Part shown: in pieces, positions 9,072 through 18,667 of the stretch
Position numbering within the stretch: the stretch's first letter is position 1
How the letters are laid out: each line of letters begins with the position of its first letter
Assembly (NCBI GenBank): GCA_007376135.1
Contig: VMFR01000001.1
Location: 452,360 to 516,359 of the forward strand
Origin: Parcubacteria group bacterium Gr01-1014_31
GTDB taxonomy: Bacteria > Patescibacteriota > Patescibacteriia > Buchananbacterales > GWA2-38-13
Direction: 5' to 3'
Length of the DNA stretch: 64,000 bases
The notes under the pieces: model-generated
Told to the model about the DNA's origin: nothing
Database searches by the model: none
Seen by the model: the letters and a program-made list of their open reading frames with translations, nothing else
Made by a program: the position numbers and the translations under genes

Positions 9072-9605
9072 TCAATAGTATACACCGTCCGGAACAAACC
9101 AACCCAACAGGGCCGAACCGCTGTAGGTAACGGCCAGCATGATGCCGCCCGCGATCAGCAGCCCCAGCAGAATAAGCGGCAGCGCCCGGCGCGAAGGAAT
9201 GCCAAACAGCCAAGCGGCCAGCGACGCGGTCCACGCGCCGCTAAGCGGCAGTGGCAACGGGAAAGCGACGAACAGCAGCAGCGCGAATTCGCCGTACCGC
9301 TCATACTTCTGTGAGAACTTGCCGCGGGTCCGCGCAAACAGCCAGGAAAAGAAACGTTCGGCCAGCCTGGACCGGCGCTGTAGCCACCGTGAAACTGGTT
9401 CGGCCAAGGAAAGCACCAGCAGCGCGACCAGGAAACTCCCGGCGACCGCGCTCGAGAATGCCACGCCCGCCGGCAGCCGGTACTTCAGGATGGCGAATGG
9501 GATGGCGACGGACAGCTCCACCGATGGCACCATCGCGATAAGTGCGGTGCCCAACGGCGGCGGCAGCACGGCAACCCACGAGAAGAGGGCTTGGAAAAAA
9601 TTCAT
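9072..9605 (-). CDS. small multi-drug export protein family (COG2426-like) membrane protein
   Basis: AMVPSVELSVAIP and LLLFVAFPLPLPLSGAWTASLAA motifs; several TMs. Confidence 0.8.
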   Translation of the reverse strand: MNFFQALFSWVAVLPPPLGTALIAMVPSVELSVAIPFAILKYRLPAGVAFSSAVAGSFLVALLVLSLAEPVSRWLQRRSRLAERFFSWLFARTRGKFSQKYERYGEFALLLFVAFPLPLPLSGAWTASLAAWLFGIPSRRALPLILLGLLIAGGIMLAVTYSGSALLGWFVPDGVYY

Positions 9606-9651
9606 GCGGGAAAAGATCAGGTGAACACAAGGGAGTATACCACGCCCGTTG

Positions 9652-10560
9652 CTACCCGCCCAACGCCGGCCAACGGAAACTGGAAAACGTCCAGGCGGCG
9701 AGCTGCACGGCGTCCTGAAATCGGGCATCTGCGGACGGCGCACCCAGCACTGCCACGCTGACCTGGTGCCCCGCCTGCTCGAAGATCAACGCTACGTTGT
9801 ACCCGCTCTCGTCAAGATACCCGGTTTTGCCGCCGACGGGGAGCGGATTGCCGTTCTTGCGGCCCTGCTGGAGCAGAATGTTGGTGCTCTCCGCCGTCAC
9901 CCGCCGGCCGGTGTTGCGTATGGTCAAACGGTAGCCGGACAGCTGCACTGCCGCGGAAATCATCGGATCGCTGAATGCCGCGCGCACGAGTTTTGCCGCG
10001 TCGGCGGCATGCGCGACGTTGCCGGGCTCCAACCCCGCAGGATCGACGAATCGGGTATCCGCCAGACCGAGCGCCTTGGCTTTCTTATTCATGGCCGCAA
10101 CGAACGCCTGGGGGGTCAGGCCGCTGGAACGCGCCAAGGCAACGGCGGCTTCATTGGAGGATGCAACCAGCATGACCTCGAAAAGGTCACGCACGCTGAC
10201 CTGGTCGCCGACCGAAAGTATCACCCGCCCGCCGCTACGGACATCCTCGGCCCGTAGCGTAACCAGCGCTTCCCAGTTCGGCTTCCGGTCGATGGCCACC
10301 AGCGCGGTCATCAATTTGGTGATGCTGGCGAGCGGGTGCGGCGCAACGCCCTCCCGCCGGTACAGCACGGCTCCGGAAGCCAAATCCACGACCGCTACCG
10401 CCAGGGCGTCCATCGCCGGCGGCGCGGCGGCCGGAGCCACCGCTGCCGGCGGGGAAACGGCCGGACGCACGGTCACCGCCGGCGCGGGCGGCAGGCCGGC
10501 GGTTACCGGCACGAACGCCGCGACCATCGCCGCCAGCAGGCGGGAAAACCACTGCCCCAT
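9652..10560 (-). CDS. D-alanyl-D-alanine carboxypeptidase/endopeptidase (peptidase S11)
   Basis: ASITKLMT (SxxK), SSN (SxN), KTG; signal peptide. Confidence 0.9.
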   Translation of the reverse strand: MGQWFSRLLAAMVAAFVPVTAGLPPAPAVTVRPAVSPPAAVAPAAAPPAMDALAVAVVDLASGAVLYRREGVAPHPLASITKLMTALVAIDRKPNWEALVTLRAEDVRSGGRVILSVGDQVSVRDLFEVMLVASSNEAAVALARSSGLTPQAFVAAMNKKAKALGLADTRFVDPAGLEPGNVAHAADAAKLVRAAFSDPMISAAVQLSGYRLTIRNTGRRVTAESTNILLQQGRKNGNPLPVGGKTGYLDESGYNVALIFEQAGHQVSVAVLGAPSADARFQDAVQLAAWTFSSFRWPALGG

Positions 10561-10563
10561 ACA

Positions 10564-11124
10564 TTAGGCCGCCGGTTTCACCGCCTCCGCCTCCAAGAGA
10601 CGGCCGACGGTATCCAGCGTATGGAGCCGCTGGTAATCCGGCAGCTGTTCGACGGTGGCGTACCCCAAATGTTTGAGAAAATCCAAGCTGACGACGTAGC
10701 GGATGATACCGACCTGCCGGTCGGCCTGCGCCTCTATTAAGCCCCGCATCATCAGGTTGCGGAGGATAATGGCGCAGTTCACGCCGCGGATCTGCTCCAG
10801 CTCGGCGCGCGTGACCGGCCCGCGGTACGCAATGATGGTAAGGGTTTCCAGCTGCGCACGCGTCAGTTCACCCGTGGTCTCCTGTTTCAAGAACCGCTGC
10901 ACTGCAGGAGCGGCACCCCCGGCGGTGACCAGCTGCACCTGACCGCCAACCCGCTGCAACAGGATACCGCCGTCCTGGCGCTGATCGTACTGCTGGGTCA
11001 AAGCAATAACTGCCTGCTCGGTATCCTTCGGGCTGGCTTCGGCCAAAGTTGCCAGCTCGCGCACCGTCATCGGACGGTTCGAGACCAGTAGTAGCGCTTC
11101 AATGGTCGCGGAAAGATTGGCCAT
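10564..11124 (-). CDS. scpB: SMC-Scp complex subunit ScpB
   Basis: IEALL, LETLTIIAYRGPVTRAELEQIRGVN. Confidence 0.95.
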   Translation of the reverse strand: MANLSATIEALLLVSNRPMTVRELATLAEASPKDTEQAVIALTQQYDQRQDGGILLQRVGGQVQLVTAGGAAPAVQRFLKQETTGELTRAQLETLTIIAYRGPVTRAELEQIRGVNCAIILRNLMMRGLIEAQADRQVGIIRYVVSLDFLKHLGYATVEQLPDYQRLHTLDTVGRLLEAEAVKPAA

Positions 11125-11136
11125 ATGGGGTGAGCT

Positions 11137-11838
11137 CTAAATGCGTTCAATGACAATATCCTTGAACAGCTCGTCCTGGCGGACGCTGACAGTACGCTGC
11201 TTGGCCAGCTCCAACACCGCCAGAAAACTGACGATGACCTCCATCCGGCTCTTGCTGGTCTTCAGAAGTTCGGAGAAACGCAACTTGGTCTCCTTCCAGA
11301 TCAGCTCGCGCAGCTGAAGGATCCGCTCATGCACCGTGATCCCGTTGGCCAGAACGCCTTTTTGCAGCGGCAAAAGCGGCGGCAGCGCGGAAACGACCCC
11401 CAGGAACATCTGGTGCAGGCGCGCGGCGGTCAGGTTGGGCGGCGGTGTAAATTCGGTCGGTTCCATTGGAACGAGCAGCCGTTCACGGGCGAAGCCGAAC
11501 TGCTTTTTCCGCAGCCGCGCGTTGACCACCAACGCCGCCAGGGCGAATTCCCGGTACAGCTTCAATTGCCGTTCCAGCTCCTGCCCCTCATCGGCGTCGG
11601 GCGGCTGCAGGTACGGCAAGAGCGTCCGCGATTTGATGAGGAGTAGCCTGGCAGCAACCGCCAGAAAATCGGCCAGGTCATTGGCCGACATCTGGTCGCC
11701 GATCTGCTGCAGCGTCAGCAGGTACTGCTCGGTCACCGCCGCCAGCGACAGCTGCGTGATGTCCAGCTTGTGCTCTTCAATGAGCTGCAGCAGTAAATCC
11801 AGCGGCCCCTCGAATTGGGTCGTTTTAATGGAATGCAT
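11137..11838 (-). CDS. scpA: segregation/condensation protein A
   Basis: FEGPLDLLLQLI, IKSRTLLP, FLAVLEL. Confidence 0.95.
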   Translation of the reverse strand: MHSIKTTQFEGPLDLLLQLIEEHKLDITQLSLAAVTEQYLLTLQQIGDQMSANDLADFLAVAARLLLIKSRTLLPYLQPPDADEGQELERQLKLYREFALAALVVNARLRKKQFGFARERLLVPMEPTEFTPPPNLTAARLHQMFLGVVSALPPLLPLQKGVLANGITVHERILQLRELIWKETKLRFSELLKTSKSRMEVIVSFLAVLELAKQRTVSVRQDELFKDIVIERI

Positions 11839-11841
11839 GTA

Positions 11842-12375
11842 TCACCACTTTGAGCCCCAACGTTCCTCCATGATTCCCCACGTAATCGATTCCCACAACG
11901 AAAGAGTAAACCACAATCCAAATAGTACGACAATGAAAAGAATGGCTGCACCAAGTCCATAAATCAATCGATACCGAACCCACGGAAACCGAGAGAGTCT
12001 GACCGCAACCACCCAGTACAAGACAGATGCTAAAACCATAAATACTGTTCCAACGAGATAGAACGTCCGATGATGGTAAATGTAATCATTGGGAATGACG
12101 CAAGCGTAAGCCAAGCCGGAAGGACCCGGAATGTTCGGTACCCAACTGACACGGTCAGGGGCGAACGGATTGAAGTAATTGTAGACTGCCTCACGGTGTA
12201 ACTGCCCACCGTTCTGATCAACGCAACCATCATACTCAACTGGCAAGAAGCTGAGCGGTATACTAAGCAAACCCAACACGCCAACAGCAACACTGAGCTT
12301 CAATAGCAAGGGCCTATTTGGACGACGCTGACCAGCTGTCTGTTTACTAACTTTAACCACTGCCATCATAGGCAC
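11842..12375 (-). CDS. hypothetical membrane protein
   Basis: Three hydrophobic segments; lower GC than neighbours. Confidence 0.55.
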   Translation of the reverse strand: MPMMAVVKVSKQTAGQRRPNRPLLLKLSVAVGVLGLLSIPLSFLPVEYDGCVDQNGGQLHREAVYNYFNPFAPDRVSWVPNIPGPSGLAYACVIPNDYIYHHRTFYLVGTVFMVLASVLYWVVAVRLSRFPWVRYRLIYGLGAAILFIVVLFGLWFTLSLWESITWGIMEERWGSKW

Positions 12376-12393
12376 GATCCGTCAACCGAGTTA

Positions 12394-12918
12394 CTACTTC
12401 CTGTTAATCTTACGCTTGGCCTTCTTCGCTTTGGCCTTGGGCGCCGTATACCCGGCCGCGCCGGAAATACTGGCAAGTTTTGCCTGCTCCATCGCCAGAA
12501 AATCCTTCACCTTCATCCGCACCGAATCGGTGAAACTGCCGGCCTGTAAAATGATCTCCTTGGTCTTGCCCAGCCCGCGGTCGGCAATGATCTCCAGTTT
12601 GTGCAGCCCGCCGAACGCCGTCAGCGCCCCGGGTTTCACCTTCAGCACTTTGACCATTACCTTTTCGGGCACCATCGCGACGTTCTTGGCCCGCAACGCT
12701 TTCTTCAATTTCTTAAAGTCAATGCGCGAGCTGGCCGGCACGACCACCAGCACATACGCCTTGTCGGCCTTGACCAGCAGAGTCTTGCCGATCTCCTTGA
12801 GGCCGCGTTTGAGCGTCTGCGCCAAGTCATAGGCGGTAAAGACCGTCTTGTGGGCGACCACGTCGAACTTTTTATTCGCTTTTTTCAAATACGTTTCCAC
12901 GCGTTTCGGGATGGGCAT
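12394..12918 (-). CDS. YbaK/EbsC family aminoacyl-tRNA editing-domain protein
   Basis: H...FTA..LA, KTLLVKAD, PGALTAFG, AGSFTDS. Confidence 0.85.
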   Translation of the reverse strand: MPIPKRVETYLKKANKKFDVVAHKTVFTAYDLAQTLKRGLKEIGKTLLVKADKAYVLVVVPASSRIDFKKLKKALRAKNVAMVPEKVMVKVLKVKPGALTAFGGLHKLEIIADRGLGKTKEIILQAGSFTDSVRMKVKDFLAMEQAKLASISGAAGYTAPKAKAKKAKRKINRK

Positions 12919-12973
12919 AATAAATTAATTAAAAAAATTAAGATACAAAGGTCAATAAAGATTCTATTGTATG

Positions 12974-13288
12974 CTAAGGCAAAACAGTTAATGGTGCTTC
13001 AAAAAAATTTACAAAAAACAAGTATAACCCAATTACGATAACGACGGCGGTGACGGAAATGGCGGTTAACCAAACTCCAACTTTATATATTTTTTTATCA
13101 TTACGACTACGAATCCGAAGTACAATTCCTACTGGTAACAACAATATCGCCAACAGCAGCCCAAGAATAAGTATGATATTGATAACGAACACCGTGAACC
13201 CCGTAGAACCTGAAATTAGGGTATAGGTTATCAGGGCTGCGAGAGAAATGATGAGTGACCAAACAAATATTTTTGTAAATTTTGACAT
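12974..13288 (-). CDS. hypothetical small membrane protein (3 TM)
   Basis: Three hydrophobic helices; AT-rich. Confidence 0.55.
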   Translation of the reverse strand: MSKFTKIFVWSLIISLAALITYTLISGSTGFTVFVINIILILGLLLAILLLPVGIVLRIRSRNDKKIYKVGVWLTAISVTAVVIVIGLYLFFVNFFEAPLTVLP

Positions 13289-13321
13289 AGATACTGAGAG
13301 TTAACGGCCGCAGATACTTTA

Positions 13322-13660
13322 TTAAATTTGGTTTGCACTTTTACCAGCTATCTTTTGTCGGACTTTCAACGGCAGTGTCTGCTGCACCCCGAGCAGCTTC
13401 CGGGCCATTCTCCTTCCCTTCGGGGTCAGGCGCACGTGGTCAAAGAACCACTTCTGCGCCGTCTTCCTGCCAAACCCAACGACCAGTTCCTTGGCAATCA
13501 GCCGCTCCACGCTGCGGGCAACGATAGTGGAAAGATCGCGCGGTTTGGGCTTGCGCGAAACGCTGTCGTAGTAACGAACGATTGCCTGGCGCCGCACTGT
13601 GCCCTGCGCGCTGCTGGCGGCCTGTTTCAGGATATAGCGTTGGAGCGCGGAGAGCGTCAT
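13322..13660 (-). CDS. hypothetical protein (possible winged-helix)
   Basis: LSALQRYIL...RSVERLIAKELV...VRLTPKGR resembles a wHTH wing. Confidence 0.6.
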   Translation of the reverse strand: MTLSALQRYILKQAASSAQGTVRRQAIVRYYDSVSRKPKPRDLSTIVARSVERLIAKELVVGFGRKTAQKWFFDHVRLTPKGRRMARKLLGVQQTLPLKVRQKIAGKSANQI

Positions 13661-13678
13661 ATGCCCCGCAACGCGGCC

Positions 13679-15505
13679 TCATTTCTTGGCCTTTTTCGCG
13701 GTAATTTCCGGGTCCAGCCGCAGCTTCAGCTCTTTCAACTGCTTGGGGTCCACCTCGGACGGCGCATTCATCATCGCATCCTCGGCGCGGCCGTTCTTGG
13801 GGAATGCGGTCACCTCGCGGATGTTGTGCTCCTCGCGCAGTATCATCACCATTCGCTCGATGCCGGGGGCAAAGCCGCAGTGCGGCGGCGCGCCATAACG
13901 GAATGCCGCGATCATATGGCCGAATTTCTTGTCCACGGCCTCTTGTCCGTAACCAGCAATTCGGAACGCCTCGTACATGATCTCGGGCACGTTGTTGCGC
14001 ACGGCGCCCGAGGACAATTCAATACCGTTGCAGACGATGTCGTACTGATAGGCCAGGACCTCCTGAGGATCCTTGTTCTTCAGCGCATGCATGCCGCCCT
14101 GGGGCATGGAGAACGGGTTGTGGCAAAAATCTATCTTTTTTTCCTGTTCGTTGTACTCGTACATCGGGAAATCCACGATCCAGCAGAAGGCGAGCTTCCC
14201 CTGGTCGACCAGTTCCAATCGCTTACCAAGGGTCAAGCGCGTAGCGCCCAGCGACGCAGCGACAATTTTTGGCGTATCGGCGCCGAAAAACAGGACGTCG
14301 CCGGGCTTTCCGCCCAATTGCGTAATGATCGTTGCCGCCAGTGCATCGCCCAAGAACTTCACGATAGGCGACTGCAGCGTGCCATCCGCTTTCACGATGA
14401 TGTAGGCCAGCCCCTTGGCGCCGAGTTTCTTTACCTCCTCGGTCATCTTTTCGATCTCCGTGCGCGAGAGTTTCGCCGCCCCCGGGGCGCACAGTGCCCG
14501 CACCACGCCGCGGTTCTTCACGGCATTGGAAAACACCGAAAACCCGCAATTCTTCACGAGCGCGGTGATATCCTCAATCTCCATCCCGAACCGTAGGTCG
14601 GGCTTGTCGGTGCCGTACTTCAGCAGCGCGTCCGCGAAGGTCAAGCGCGGCAAACGGCCGTTGACCAACGGCACGGTTTTGTTCGTGAACTCCTTGGCCA
14701 AGTCCAAAAACAGCGGCTCCATCAGGTTGAAAAACTCGTCCTGCTCCAGGAAGCTGGTCTCCACGTCCAGCTGGTAGAACTCGCCGGGACTGCGGTCGGC
14801 TCGTGCGTCCTCGTCGCGCATGCATGGCGCGATCTGGAAATATTTATCAATACCGCCGACCATCAAAAGCTGCTTGTATTGCTGGGGCGCCTGCGGCAGC
14901 GCGTAGAACTTGCCGGGATGCAGCCGAGACGGCACCAGAAAATCGCGCGCCCCCTCCGGCGAGGACGCCGTCAAGAGCGGCGTTTCCACTTCCAGGAAAC
15001 CGCGGCTGTGCATCCAGTCGCGCAGGAATTTGATGACCCGGGCGCGGAATTCCAGATTTTCCAGCATCCGATGCCGCCGCAAATCCAGGAAGCGGTACTT
15101 CAACCGCAGGTCTTCGTTGACGTCCTGCGTACTGGCCGCCCCCTCGCCTTCCGGCATCCACGTCAGCGAAAATGGCGGCGTTTTCGCGGGGTTGAGGATC
15201 TCAATGCCCGTAGCAAAAATCTCCACCTCTCCCGTGGAAAGCTTGGGGTTGATCATTTCCGCCGGCCTGCGCTCCACCGTGCCGGTCACCTTGATGACGT
15301 ATTCGTCGCGCACCTTGTCTGCGACTGCCCAAGCGTCCTTGGCTCGCGTCGGGTTGAAGGTTACCTGGGTCAGGCCGTACCGGTCGCGCAGGTCGATAAA
15401 AATCACTCCGCCGTGGTCGCGGCGGCTGTTCACCCATCCGGAAAGCGTTATCGTTGTGCCCGCAGCAGAAGCGCGCAGCTCCCCGCAGGTGTGCGTGCGA
15501 AACAT
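13679..15505 (-). CDS. aspS: aspartate--tRNA ligase
   Basis: RTHTCGELR, RDHGGVIFIDLRDRYG, FYALPQAPQ, GAPPHCGFAPGIER. Confidence 0.97.
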   Translation of the reverse strand: MFRTHTCGELRASAAGTTITLSGWVNSRRDHGGVIFIDLRDRYGLTQVTFNPTRAKDAWAVADKVRDEYVIKVTGTVERRPAEMINPKLSTGEVEIFATGIEILNPAKTPPFSLTWMPEGEGAASTQDVNEDLRLKYRFLDLRRHRMLENLEFRARVIKFLRDWMHSRGFLEVETPLLTASSPEGARDFLVPSRLHPGKFYALPQAPQQYKQLLMVGGIDKYFQIAPCMRDEDARADRSPGEFYQLDVETSFLEQDEFFNLMEPLFLDLAKEFTNKTVPLVNGRLPRLTFADALLKYGTDKPDLRFGMEIEDITALVKNCGFSVFSNAVKNRGVVRALCAPGAAKLSRTEIEKMTEEVKKLGAKGLAYIIVKADGTLQSPIVKFLGDALAATIITQLGGKPGDVLFFGADTPKIVAASLGATRLTLGKRLELVDQGKLAFCWIVDFPMYEYNEQEKKIDFCHNPFSMPQGGMHALKNKDPQEVLAYQYDIVCNGIELSSGAVRNNVPEIMYEAFRIAGYGQEAVDKKFGHMIAAFRYGAPPHCGFAPGIERMVMILREEHNIREVTAFPKNGRAEDAMMNAPSEVDPKQLKELKLRLDPEITAKKAKK

Positions 15506-15636
15506 AGAGAGATTGTCGCATTTATTATAGTTGAAAAAGCACGGTATTTCAAGCGCGCAAACTTGATATTTTTTGGCTTAACCTAAACAAAAAATGAGCC
15601 TCGGTCGCTGGCTCATTGCCCCGGTCATAAAAAAAT

Positions 15637-16359
15637 TCACGCGCTCTTTGCAGTTGCGTGATACGCCACCAAGTCATTGGCCATCTGTTTCGCGGTACGA
15701 CGGGTGTCCGCGGACGCCGGAACGGCTGCTGCCGCGGGCAACGGATCTTTCAGCACGCTGCGCAGGTACTGTACGGTCTCGATCCCCAGTGCCGCCGCAC
15801 CGGAAACGCTCCGGGCGCAGGACACGCACAGCAGCGCACCGGCGGGCAGGTCGAACGAACCGCTGGCAACGCCAGCATTGCACCGGCCGCACCGGTCCAA
15901 CTGCGGCCGCCATCCCAGTAGCGACGACAGTTGCAATGCAAAGACGGTGGGGACCGCATCGCGTACCTCGGGTGCAGCACCATCATCAAGCGCCGTTAAG
16001 GCGTCACGAAGCAGCGCGTACGGCTGCGGGTCATCCTGGCCAACCCCGATCAGCTCCCGGCACAGCCGCAGGCACGCGCCGGCCGCCTGCATCCGTTCCA
16101 CGGTCCGCGCGATATTCAAAAAACGACGCCGGCACACCGCGCCGGTCAGCTTAGTGGTGGTCCCGCGCTGAACCAGCGTTACCACAGCCTCTGAGAACGG
16201 CTCCAGGTGGCCGGCCAACTTGCTCAAAATTTTCCCGCTCCCATCGGCGATGGCCTCGAGCCGACCGCCGTTCGCCGCCAGGAGCGTATACACGCGGTCA
16301 CCCTCGCCCCGCCGCTGGTGGCAGATGGTGATGGCCGCGGTCGTGAAATACGTGGACAC
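15637..16359 (-). CDS. recO: DNA repair protein RecO
   Basis: GEGDRVYTLL...SKLAGHLEPF; LG..PQL..C..C...C..C zinc finger. Confidence 0.88.
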   Translation of the reverse strand: MSTYFTTAAITICHQRRGEGDRVYTLLAANGGRLEAIADGSGKILSKLAGHLEPFSEAVVTLVQRGTTTKLTGAVCRRRFLNIARTVERMQAAGACLRLCRELIGVGQDDPQPYALLRDALTALDDGAAPEVRDAVPTVFALQLSSLLGWRPQLDRCGRCNAGVASGSFDLPAGALLCVSCARSVSGAAALGIETVQYLRSVLKDPLPAAAAVPASADTRRTAKQMANDLVAYHATAKSA

Positions 16360-16370
16360 AACGAAAAAAA

Positions 16371-16470
16371 ATCAAAATTCAAAAGGCAAAATTCAAAAAG
16401 ATGGTGGCAGGTATTCCGGCCCGAAATACTTTCAGGCCTCCAAACTTTTGAGTTTTGGCTTTTGACTTTT
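16371..16470. repeat. 7-mer tandem repeat element with inverted arms
   Basis: atcaaaattcaaaaggcaaaattcaaaa ... cttttgagttttggcttttgactttt. Confidence 0.7.
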
Positions 16471-16862
16471 TACTTCGCCGCCTCGGCGTCCAGCCATCCC
16501 TGCAGGATGAGCATGGCTGCGGTGGCGTCATCCCGCCCGCGCATGCCGCGCTGTAAACGCTGTGCCATTTTGGTGCTCAATCGCTCGTCGGAAACGTGCA
16601 CCGGCAGCCTGGTCGTTGCCGCCAATTCCTGGGCAAATAATTTTATCGCCGCGGCCGAACTGCCTGCGAAGCCGCCAACGGAGATCGGCAAACCGACCAC
16701 GATCTCCTCGATCCCCTCATCCTGGCAGAGCGCAAAGATCCGCGCCAATAATCCTCGCTGGCCGCGGTTCTCCCAAATGGCCAACGGCACGGCGGGAGTG
16801 CCGGCGGCGGCCTTGGCCAAACCTACCTTGCGCTTGCCGTAGTCAATGCCAAGAATGGCCAT
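16470..16862 (-). CDS. ruvX: Holliday junction resolvase-like RuvX/YqgF
   Basis: ILGIDYGKRKVGLA, IVVGLP, DERLST, D..AA..ILQ. Confidence 0.92.
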   Translation of the reverse strand: MAILGIDYGKRKVGLAKAAAGTPAVPLAIWENRGQRGLLARIFALCQDEGIEEIVVGLPISVGGFAGSSAAAIKLFAQELAATTRLPVHVSDERLSTKMAQRLQRGMRGRDDATAAMLILQGWLDAEAAK

Positions 16863-16868
16863 GCTGGT

Positions 16869-17648
16869 CTACATTCGCGTCAGTACCTCGTGCCCGGTTT
16901 CCGTCACGGCCACGGTGTGCTCAAAATGCGCCGACAGCGTCCCATCCTCGGTCACCATGGTCCAGCCGTCCGGCAACGTCTTGACCCGCCAATCGCCGAC
17001 ATTCACCATCGGCTCGATGGCAATGACCAAGCCGGGCTTCAAGACCACATCTTTATGCGACGGCGTGAAGTAATTCGGCACCTGCGGCTCCTCGTGCACG
17101 GCGTAGCCGACCCCGTGGCCGACCAGCTGGCGTACGATCGAGTACCCCGCCGCTTCCACGCGGCGTTGAATTGCCCGGCTGATGTCCGAGACGCGCTTGC
17201 CCGGCTCAACCTCGGCTATGCCGAGATTGAGCGCCTCTTCGGTCGCGGTGAGCAGGCGCCGCGAAGTTCGGGTGATCCCGCCGATACCCACCGTGCGGGC
17301 GGCGTCCACGTACAGCCAACGGTCGCGCGGCTTGGTCGCCAAACCCAGGTCCAATCCGACGATGTCGCCTTCCTTGAGGACGCGGTCGGACGCCGGAGCG
17401 TGCACGACCTCGTTATTGACCGAAGCGCACAGCGTGCAGGGAAACGGCGTTCCGGCATGGGACGGCCGATAGCCTAAAAAGGCCGGCTTTGCCCCGGCCT
17501 CGCGGATGAGCTGTTCGGCGAGCTGGTCCAGCTGGCGGGTGGTGACGCCCGGCCTGGCAGCCTTTGCCAATGCCTCAAGCACGCGGGCCAGCAGCTGCCC
17601 GGCTTCCCGCAGGCTGGCGATATCCTCGGGGGTTTTCGTTGTTATCAT
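16869..17648 (-). CDS. map: type I methionyl aminopeptidase
   Basis: CASVNNEVVH, GDIVGLD, GHGVG..VHEEP, AIEPM, SAHFEHTV. Confidence 0.96.
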   Translation of the reverse strand: MITTKTPEDIASLREAGQLLARVLEALAKAARPGVTTRQLDQLAEQLIREAGAKPAFLGYRPSHAGTPFPCTLCASVNNEVVHAPASDRVLKEGDIVGLDLGLATKPRDRWLYVDAARTVGIGGITRTSRRLLTATEEALNLGIAEVEPGKRVSDISRAIQRRVEAAGYSIVRQLVGHGVGYAVHEEPQVPNYFTPSHKDVVLKPGLVIAIEPMVNVGDWRVKTLPDGWTMVTEDGTLSAHFEHTVAVTETGHEVLTRM

Positions 17649-18343
17649 ATTCGGGTCTTGGCGCCAAGCGTTTTCCGTAAACGCGAAACCACGCTGCGGA
17701 AAACCACCGAAATTGCCGGACGGCCGTCGACGCGCAACAGCACGCCCTGGCGGCGATAGTGGGACAACAGCGGCGCGGTTTCACGGTGGTAGATGCGGAT
17801 GCGGCGCCGCACCGGCGCGGGCCGGTCGTCATTGCGCACGAACAGCGCGCGGCCGCAGGAATCGCAGATATTGCGCCGCCGCGGCGGATTATGGTCCACG
17901 TGGTAGCTGGCCCCGCAGACGCAGTTGAGGCGTCCGCCGATGCGCCGCACCGCCTCGCGGTCCGGCAACGCGATCTCAATGGCATGGGTCACCCCGCCCA
18001 GACGCTCCAAGGCTTTGAGCTGGCTGTGATTGCGGGGGTACCCGTCCAGGATGAACCCGCGGCGGCGCGCCGCGGCGGTCTTGAGGTACTTGCCCACCAT
18101 GGCGTTGGTCACCGCATCGGGCACGAGCTTTCCGGAAGCCAAAAACCGCATCGCCCGCTTGCCCAGCGCGGTCTTTTTGGATATTTCCGAGCGGAAAATG
18201 TTGCCGGTGGAAACGTGGGAAACTCCGTAACGCTTGGCGATCAGTTCGGCCTGCGTCCCCTTGCCCGACCCCTGCACGCCAAAAATAACCATCCGCGGTG
18301 GCCCCGAATCTTCGGCAGGGTTCAATGGTTTTCGTTTCGCCAT
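17645..18343 (-). CDS. adk: adenylate kinase
   Basis: GVQGSGKGTQA, HVSTGNIFR, GFILDGYPR, Zn LID (C..C/C..C); start trimmed to MAKRKP. Confidence 0.93.
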   Translation of the reverse strand: MAKRKPLNPAEDSGPPRMVIFGVQGSGKGTQAELIAKRYGVSHVSTGNIFRSEISKKTALGKRAMRFLASGKLVPDAVTNAMVGKYLKTAAARRRGFILDGYPRNHSQLKALERLGGVTHAIEIALPDREAVRRIGGRLNCVCGASYHVDHNPPRRRNICDSCGRALFVRNDDRPAPVRRRIRIYHRETAPLLSHYRRQGVLLRVDGRPAISVVFRSVVSRLRKTLGAKTRI

Positions 18344-18436
18344 ACGTGCAACCATGGATGGTACGGCATCTTGAGAAAAAACGCAACGGACAAACAAAAA
18401 CGAGGGCTTCAACCCCCGTGCGACACCTGCCCCATG

Positions 18437-18610
18437 TTACAGCCGCCCCAGCGGAGCGCCGGAGATGCCGATCGCGAACATCGCCGAGAACAACCCCAAC
18501 AATACCGGCAGCACGCCGATGGCAACGATGACGTACACCGCAACACCCAGCAGGATGCCAATGGAAACGGCCGGATGAATGTGGACTTGCAACGGTTTAG
18601 GAACTGCCAT
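18437..18610 (-). CDS. 57-aa hydrophobic small protein (not in ORF track)
   Basis: Manual translation: MAVPKPLQVHIHPAVSIGILLGVAVYVIVAIGVLPVLLGLFSAMFAIGISGAPLGRL; gagg upstream. Confidence 0.55.
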   Translation of the reverse strand: MAVPKPLQVHIHPAVSIGILLGVAVYVIVAIGVLPVLLGLFSAMFAIGISGAPLGRL

Positions 18611-18667
18611 ACTCGCCTCTACTATACCCTACCCCAAGGAAGACAAGCCAGCCCAGATATCCACTGG

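Noticed and set aside
11842-13320. Integron cassettes for the AT-rich small membrane genes
   Set aside because: No convincing attC pairs and no integrase are present; treated as ordinary accessory insertions.
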